Origin: the human T2T-CHM13v2.0 reference genome, Homo sapiens
Length of the DNA: 64,000 nucleotides
Assembly: GCF_009914755.1 (NCBI RefSeq)
Contig: NC_060940.1
Direction: 5' to 3' (one strand)
Both the position numbers and the translations under genes were made by a program. The stretch's first letter is position 1; every line of letters begins with the position of its first letter. The notes beneath the pieces were generated by a model, which ran no database searches, had not been told where the DNA came from, and worked only from the letters and a program-made list of their open reading frames with translations. Shown here piece after piece: positions 57,801 to 64,000 of the stretch.

Positions 57801-60800
57801 CATTCAGTGATGTTTCCATTCGACTGTATTCGATGATGATTCCATTCGACTCCATTCGATTATGATTTCATTCAATTCCATTCAATAATGATTCCCTTCG
57901 AGTCCATTCGATGATTCCATTCGATTCCATTCAACGATGATTTGATTCGTTTCCATTCGATGATTCCATTTGATTCCACTTGATGATGATTCCATTCGAG
58001 TCCATTTGATGATTCCATTCGAGTCTATTTATGTATTATATTCGTGTCCACTTCATGATTCCATTCAATTCCATTTAATGTTGATTCCATTTGATTCCAT
58101 TTGATGATTCAGTTCGATTCCTTGCAATGATTCCCTACGATTCCTTTCTATGATGATTCCATTCGATTCCATTCATTGATGATTTCATTCGACTCCATTC
58201 GATGATGATTCCTTTCGATTCCATTTGACGATGTTTCCATTCGAGTCCATTCGATGATGATTCTATTCAATTCTGTTCTATTATGATTCCATTCGATTTC
58301 ATTCAATGCTTCTATTTGATTCCATTCGATGATGATTCCATCTCTTTCCCTTCGATGATTCCATTTGATTCCATTCAGTGATGATTCCATTTGATTCCAT
58401 CTGATGATGATTTCACTTGATTCCTTTCAATGATGATTCAATTCAAGTCCATTCGATGATTCCATTGGAGTCCAAACGATCATTCCGTTCGATTCCATTC
58501 AATGGTGATTCCATTCATGTCCATTCGATGAATCCATTCAATTCCATTCGATGATGACTCCATTCGAGTACATTCGATGATTCCATTTGATTCCATTTGA
58601 AGATGATTCCATTCAATTCCATTCGAAGATGATTCCATTCAATTCCATTCGATGATGATTCCGTATGAATCCATTCTCTGATTATTCCATTCGATTCCAT
58701 TCATTGACGATTCCATTCAATTCCATTCAATGATGATTCTCTTCTCTTCCATTCGATGATTCCGGTCGATTCCATTCGATGATGATTCCATTAGATTCCA
58801 TTCGATTGTTGCATTCGATTCCCTTCGATGATGATTCCTTTGAATTCCATTCGATTATCATTCCGTATGAATCCATTTGATGATTATTCCATTGGATTCC
58901 TTTCGATGATGATTCCATTCGATTCCATTTGATGATGTTTCTCTTGTATTCCATTGGATAATTCCTTTCCGTTCCCTTCGATGATTATTCTTTCGAGTCA
59001 ATTCGATGATTCTATTCCATTCCCTTCGATGATGATTCCATTTCACTCCATTTGATGATTCCATTCGACTCAATTTGGTGATGATTCAATTCGATGACAT
59101 TCGATGACTCCATTCAATTTCATTTGATGATGATTACATTCGAGTCCATTTGATGATTGTATTCCTTTCCTTTTGATGATTATTCCATTCGTGTCTATTC
59201 AAAGGTTCCATTCTATTCCATTCAATGATGATTGCATTTGATTCCATTCAATGATTATGGCTATCGATTCCACTCGTTGATTCCATTTGATTCCGTTCGA
59301 TGATTATTCCGTTAGATTCCATTAGAAGATTCCATTCGATTTTATTCAATGATTCCAATGGATTCCATTCAATGATGATTCCATTCGACTCCATTCAGTG
59401 ATTCCATTCGAGTCCATTTGATGATTCCATTCTTTTCCATTTGATGATGATTCCATTAGGGTCCATTCAATGATTCCATTCGAGTCCATTCGTTAATGCC
59501 TTTCGAGTCCTTTTGATCACTACATTCGAGTCCATTCAATGATTCTATTCGATTCCATTCCATGATGATTCCATTCGAGTTCATTCGATGATTGCATTCG
59601 AGTCCATTTGATGATTCCATATGATTCCATTCGACAATGATTCCATTCGTGTCCATTTGATGATTCCATTCATTTCCTATCGATGAAGATTCCATTCAAG
59701 TGTATTCGATGATTCCATTCAAATCCATTCGATGATGATTCCATTCCAGTCCATTCGATCATTCCACTTGATTCCATTTGATGACTATTCCATTCAAATC
59801 CATTTGATGATTCCATTCGATTCCATTCGATGTTACCATTCGAGTATATACGATGATTCCACTCGATTCCATTTGATGATTATTCCATTGGAGTCCACTT
59901 AGTGAATCCTTTAGATTCTACTGGAAGATGATTCCATTCGAGTCCATTCGATGATACCATTCAATTCCATTCGTTGATGCTTCCATTCAAGTGCATTCGA
60001 TGATATCATTCGATTCCATTTGATGATAATTCCATTTGATTCCATGCGATGATTCTATTCGATTCCATTCAATGATAATTCCATTCAATTCAGTGATTCC
60101 TCTGGACTCCATTTGATGATGATTCCATTCAATGATTCCATTCGATTATATTCGAAAATGATTCCATTTGAATCCATTTGATGATGATTCCATTGGATTC
60201 AATTTGATGATTCCATTCGATTCCATTCGACGATGATTCCATTCGATTCCTTTTGATGAATCCATTCTATTGTATTCGATGATGATTCCATTCGATTCCA
60301 TTCGATGATGATTGGATTCGATTCCATTTTATGATTTCATTTGATTCCATACGATAATGATTTCGATCAATTCCATTCAATGATTCCATTCGATTCCATT
60401 CGAAAATGATTCCATTTGAATCCATTTGATGATGATTCCATTGGATTCCATTTGATGATTCCATTCGATTCCATTCGATGATGATTCCATTCGATTCCTT
60501 TTGATGAATCCATTCTATTGTATTCGATGATGATTCCATTCGATTCCATTCGATGATGATTGGATTCGATTCCATTTGATGATTTCATTTGATTCCATTC
60601 GATAATGATTTCGATCAATTCCATTCGATGATTCCATTCGATTCCATTCGATAATGATTACATCCGAGTCCATTCGATGATTCCATTTGAGCCCGTTCGA
60701 TAATTCCATTTGAGTCCAATCAATGATTCCATTCATTTCCATTCAATGATTCCATTCGAGTCCATTTGATCATTCCGGTAGGGTCCGTTCGATGTTGATT

Positions 60801-63800
60801 CCATTGGAGTGCATTCGATGATTCCATTCGAGTCCATTTTAGGATTTGATTCGAGTCCTTTCGATGATTCCATTCGATTCCACTCGATGATTTCATTCGA
60901 GTCCATTCGACACTTCCAATCGATTCCATTTGATGATTCCATTCGAGTCCAATTGATGATTCCATTCAATTCCATTCGATGATGATTCCGTACGATTCCA
61001 TTCTGTGATGATTCCATGTGATTGCATTCAATGATGATTCCTTTCGATTGCATTCGATTATGATTCATTTCGTGTTCATTCTATGGTTCCACAGGTTTCC
61101 ATTCGATGATGTTTCCATTCGTGTCCATTCCATTATTCCATTCTATTCCATTTGAAGACGATTCCATTCGATTCCATTCATTGGTGATTCCACTCAATTC
61201 CATTCAATGATTCCATTCCATTTCTTTCAACAATGATTCCATTAGTTTCTATTCGATGATCCACTTGATTCCATTTGACGATGATTCCATTCGTGTCCAT
61301 TCGATGATTCCACTTGATTCCATATGATGATGATTCCATTCGATTCCATACGATGATGATTCCATTCGAGTCCATTCAATGGTGATTCCATTCAATTCCA
61401 TTCGATGATTCCTTTCGATTCCATTCAATGATGATGGCATTCGATTCCTTTCGATCATTCCCTTTGATTCCATTCAAAGGTGATTTCATTCAAGTCCATT
61501 CGATAATTGCATTCGATTCCATTCTATGATGATTCCATTCGACTCCATTTGATGATTCCATTCAATTCAAGTCAATGATGATTCCATTCGATTCCACTCG
61601 ATGATTCCATTGGATTCCATTCGATGATGATTCCATTCAAATCCATTCGATAATTCAATTCAAGTCCATTCGATGATGATTCCAATCGAATCCATTCAAA
61701 GATTCCACTCAATTCCATTCGATGATGATTCCCTTAGATTCCATTTGATGATTCCACTTGATTCCATTTACGATGATTCCATTCGATTCCATGTGATGAT
61801 TCCATTCAATTCTATTCAATGATGTTTCCACTTGATTCCATTCGAACATGATTGCCTTTGATTCCATTCAATGATTCCATACGGTTCCATTTGATGATGA
61901 TTCCATTCGAGTGCATTAGATGATTCCATTCGAGTCCATTCGATGATTCCATTCGATTCCATTCGATGTTGATTCTGTTCAAATCCATTCGATGATTCCA
62001 CTCGATTCCATTCGATGACTCCATTTGATCCCATTCGATGATTTCCTTTGATTCCCTTTGATGATCATTCCATTTGATTCAATTCGGTGATTTCATTTGA
62101 TTCCATTCAGTGATGTTTCCATTCAACTCCTTTCGATGATGATTCCATTCGAATCCATTCGATTATGATTTCATTCAATTCCATTCGATAATGATTCCCT
62201 TCAAGTCCATTCGATGATTCCATTCGATTCCATTCAACGATGATTTGATTCGTGTCCATTCGATGATTCCGTTTGATTCCATTTGATGATGATTCCATTC
62301 GAGTCCCTTTGATGATTCCATTCAATTCCATTCTCCGATGATTTCTTTTGAGCCCATTCAATGCTTCCACTCGATTCCATATGATGATGACTCCATTTGA
62401 TGAAATTCCATGATGATTCCATTCGCTTGCATTCGATGATGATTCCACTTGAGTCCGTTAGAAGATTCTATTCAATTACATTCCATGACGATTCTGTTCG
62501 AGTCCATTTGATGATTCCATTAGACTCCATTCGACGATGATTCCATTCGATGTTATTCGATGATGATTCCATTCAACTCCATTCGATGTTTCCATTCGAG
62601 TTCATTCTATTATTCCATTAGATTCCATTCGATGATGATTCCATTCGATTCCATTTGATGATTGCATTCTGTTTCATTTGATGATGATTCCATTCGAGTC
62701 CATTCGATGATTCCATTCGAGTCCATTTAATGAATCCATTGGTTTCAATTCTATGATGATTACATTGGATTCCATTCGTTGATGATTTCATTCGATTCCA
62801 TTCAATGATGATTCCATTCAATTCCATTCAATGATTCCATTCAATTCCATACGATGATGATTCCATTTGATTTGATTCGACAGTGAGCCATTCGATTCAA
62901 TTCCATGATGATTCTATTTGATTCAATTGGTTGACATTTCCATTCGATTCCATTCGATGATGATTCCATTTGATTCCATTCAAAGATGATTCCATTCTAG
63001 CCCATTCAATCATTCCATTCGATTCTATTCAATGATGATTCCATTCATGTCGATTTGGTGATTCCATTTGACTTCATTTGATGATGATTCCTTTCAAGTT
63101 CATTAGATGATTCCATTCGATTCCATTTGATGATGATCCCATTCGAGTCCATTCAGTGATTCCACTCGTTTCCATTCCATGATGATTCCATTCCATTCCA
63201 TTCAATGATTCCATTCGATTCCGTTTGATGATGATTTCATTCGAGTCCATTTGATGATTCCATTTGATTCCATTCGATGATGATTACATTCGAGTCCATA
63301 CGATGATTCCACTCAATTCCATATGATGATGATTCCATTCGATTCCATTCGATGATTCCATTCTATTCTATTCAATGGTGATTCCATTCGAGTACATTAG
63401 ATGATTCCATTCGATTCCATTCAATGATGATTCTATTTGTGTCCCTTAGATGGTTCCACATGATTCCATTTCATGATGATACTATTTGAGCCCATCCAAT
63501 GATTCCCTTCGATTCCATTCGATGAGGATTCCATTCGATTCAATTCATTGGTGATTCTATTCAATTCAATTCTTTGATTCCATTCCATTCCATTCGACAA
63601 TGATTCCATTCGATTTCTTTCGATGATTCCACTCGATTCCACTTGACATTGATTCCATTCGATTCCATTCAATGATTCCGTTTGATTCCAGTGGATGATG
63701 ATTGCCATCGATTCCATTCGATCACTCCATTCTATTCCATTTGATGATGATTACATTCGATTCCATTTGATGATTCCATCTGATTCTATTCGAGGATTCC

Positions 63801-64000
63801 ATTTGATTCCATTCGATGATGATTCCATTCGAGTGCATTCGATGATTTCATTCGAGTACATCCAATGATTCCATTCGAGTCCATTTGATTTTTCCATTTA
63901 ATTCCATTTGATTATGATTCTACTAGAGTCCATTCAATGACTCAATTCGAATCCATTCAACAATTCCATTCGAGGCCATTCGATGATTCCATTTCATGAT
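51831..64000 (+). repeat. Diverged, rearranged HSat2 segment made of shuffled pieces of the same HOR unit
   Basis: Recognisable unit landmarks occur out of order, roughly unit 10.25-12.67k, 1-0.44k, 1.2-1.3k, 3.3-4.1k, 4.2-4.37k, 8.03-10.33k, 6.17-11.3k and 11.49-12.2k. Substitutions are visibly more frequent than between copies 1-4. Confidence 0.88.
60153..60648 (+). repeat. 248-bp local tandem duplication in the diverged flank
   Basis: cgaaaatgattccatttgaatcc occurs at 60153 and 60401. ttgatgaatccattctattgtattcg occurs at 60253 and 60501. The segment is single-copy in the HOR units. Confidence 0.88.

Larger units (their letters stand above)
1..64000 (+). repeat. Human/primate classical Satellite II (HSat2/HSATII) array, CATTC strand on +
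   Basis: Continuous degenerate (ATTCCATTCG)2(ATG)1-2 repeats, e.g. attccattcgattccattcgatgatg and the variant attccattcgagtccattcgatg. CATTCGATTC dominates over CATTCCATTC, which distinguishes HSat2 from HSat3. TCGA (TaqI) and GANTC (HinfI) sites are very dense. No interruption seen. Confidence 0.97.

Noticed and set aside
790-63717. About 150 minus-strand ORFs of 60-193 aa (MESSNGIEWNHHR-type)
   Set aside because: They are direct translations of the GAATG/CATCAT repeat. They overlap in all three frames, have low complexity and no recognisable domain, and are freely broken by SNPs and indels between copies. The + strand is closed by frequent TGA, which explains the strand bias.
1-64000. CRISPR-like or other repeat-spacer array
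   Set aside because: There are no unique spacers, leader or cas genes. The sequence between repeats is more of the same degenerate monomer.
1-64000. Satellite III, alpha satellite or telomeric repeat
   Set aside because: CATTCGA with ATG inserts dominates instead of long (CATTC)n runs. There is no 171-bp monomer, CENP-B box or TTAGGG array.

Overview
The whole 64 kb window is non-coding pericentromeric satellite DNA of the human (primate) classical Satellite II type (HSat2/HSATII). It consists of degenerate ATTCCATTCG decamers separated by (ATG)1-2, giving the 23/26-bp HSat2 monomer, with the CATTC strand on + throughout. I see no genes, RNA genes, transposons or CRISPR arrays. All listed ORFs are minus-strand translations of the repeat and are artefacts. 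The real information is architectural. Positions 1-~51,830 are a homogeneous tandem array of a ~12.67-kb higher-order repeat (HOR): four full copies of 12,669, 12,665, 12,669 and 12,632 bp plus a truncated fifth. Each copy holds a young 836/840-bp internal tandem duplication and older diverged sub-modules. At ~51.83 kb the register jumps by 9,033 bp, and the rest of the window is a more diverged, rearranged mosaic of the same unit, which looks like the older edge of the array. Variant sharing among HOR copies is mosaic, as expected from gene conversion or unequal exchange. DUX4-consensus motifs recur in the unit. I found no evidence for a new protein-coding system. The best candidates for novelty are the HOR itself and its layered boundary. 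Alignments were done by eye and from ORF-track offsets, so junction coordinates are approximate to within tens of bases.
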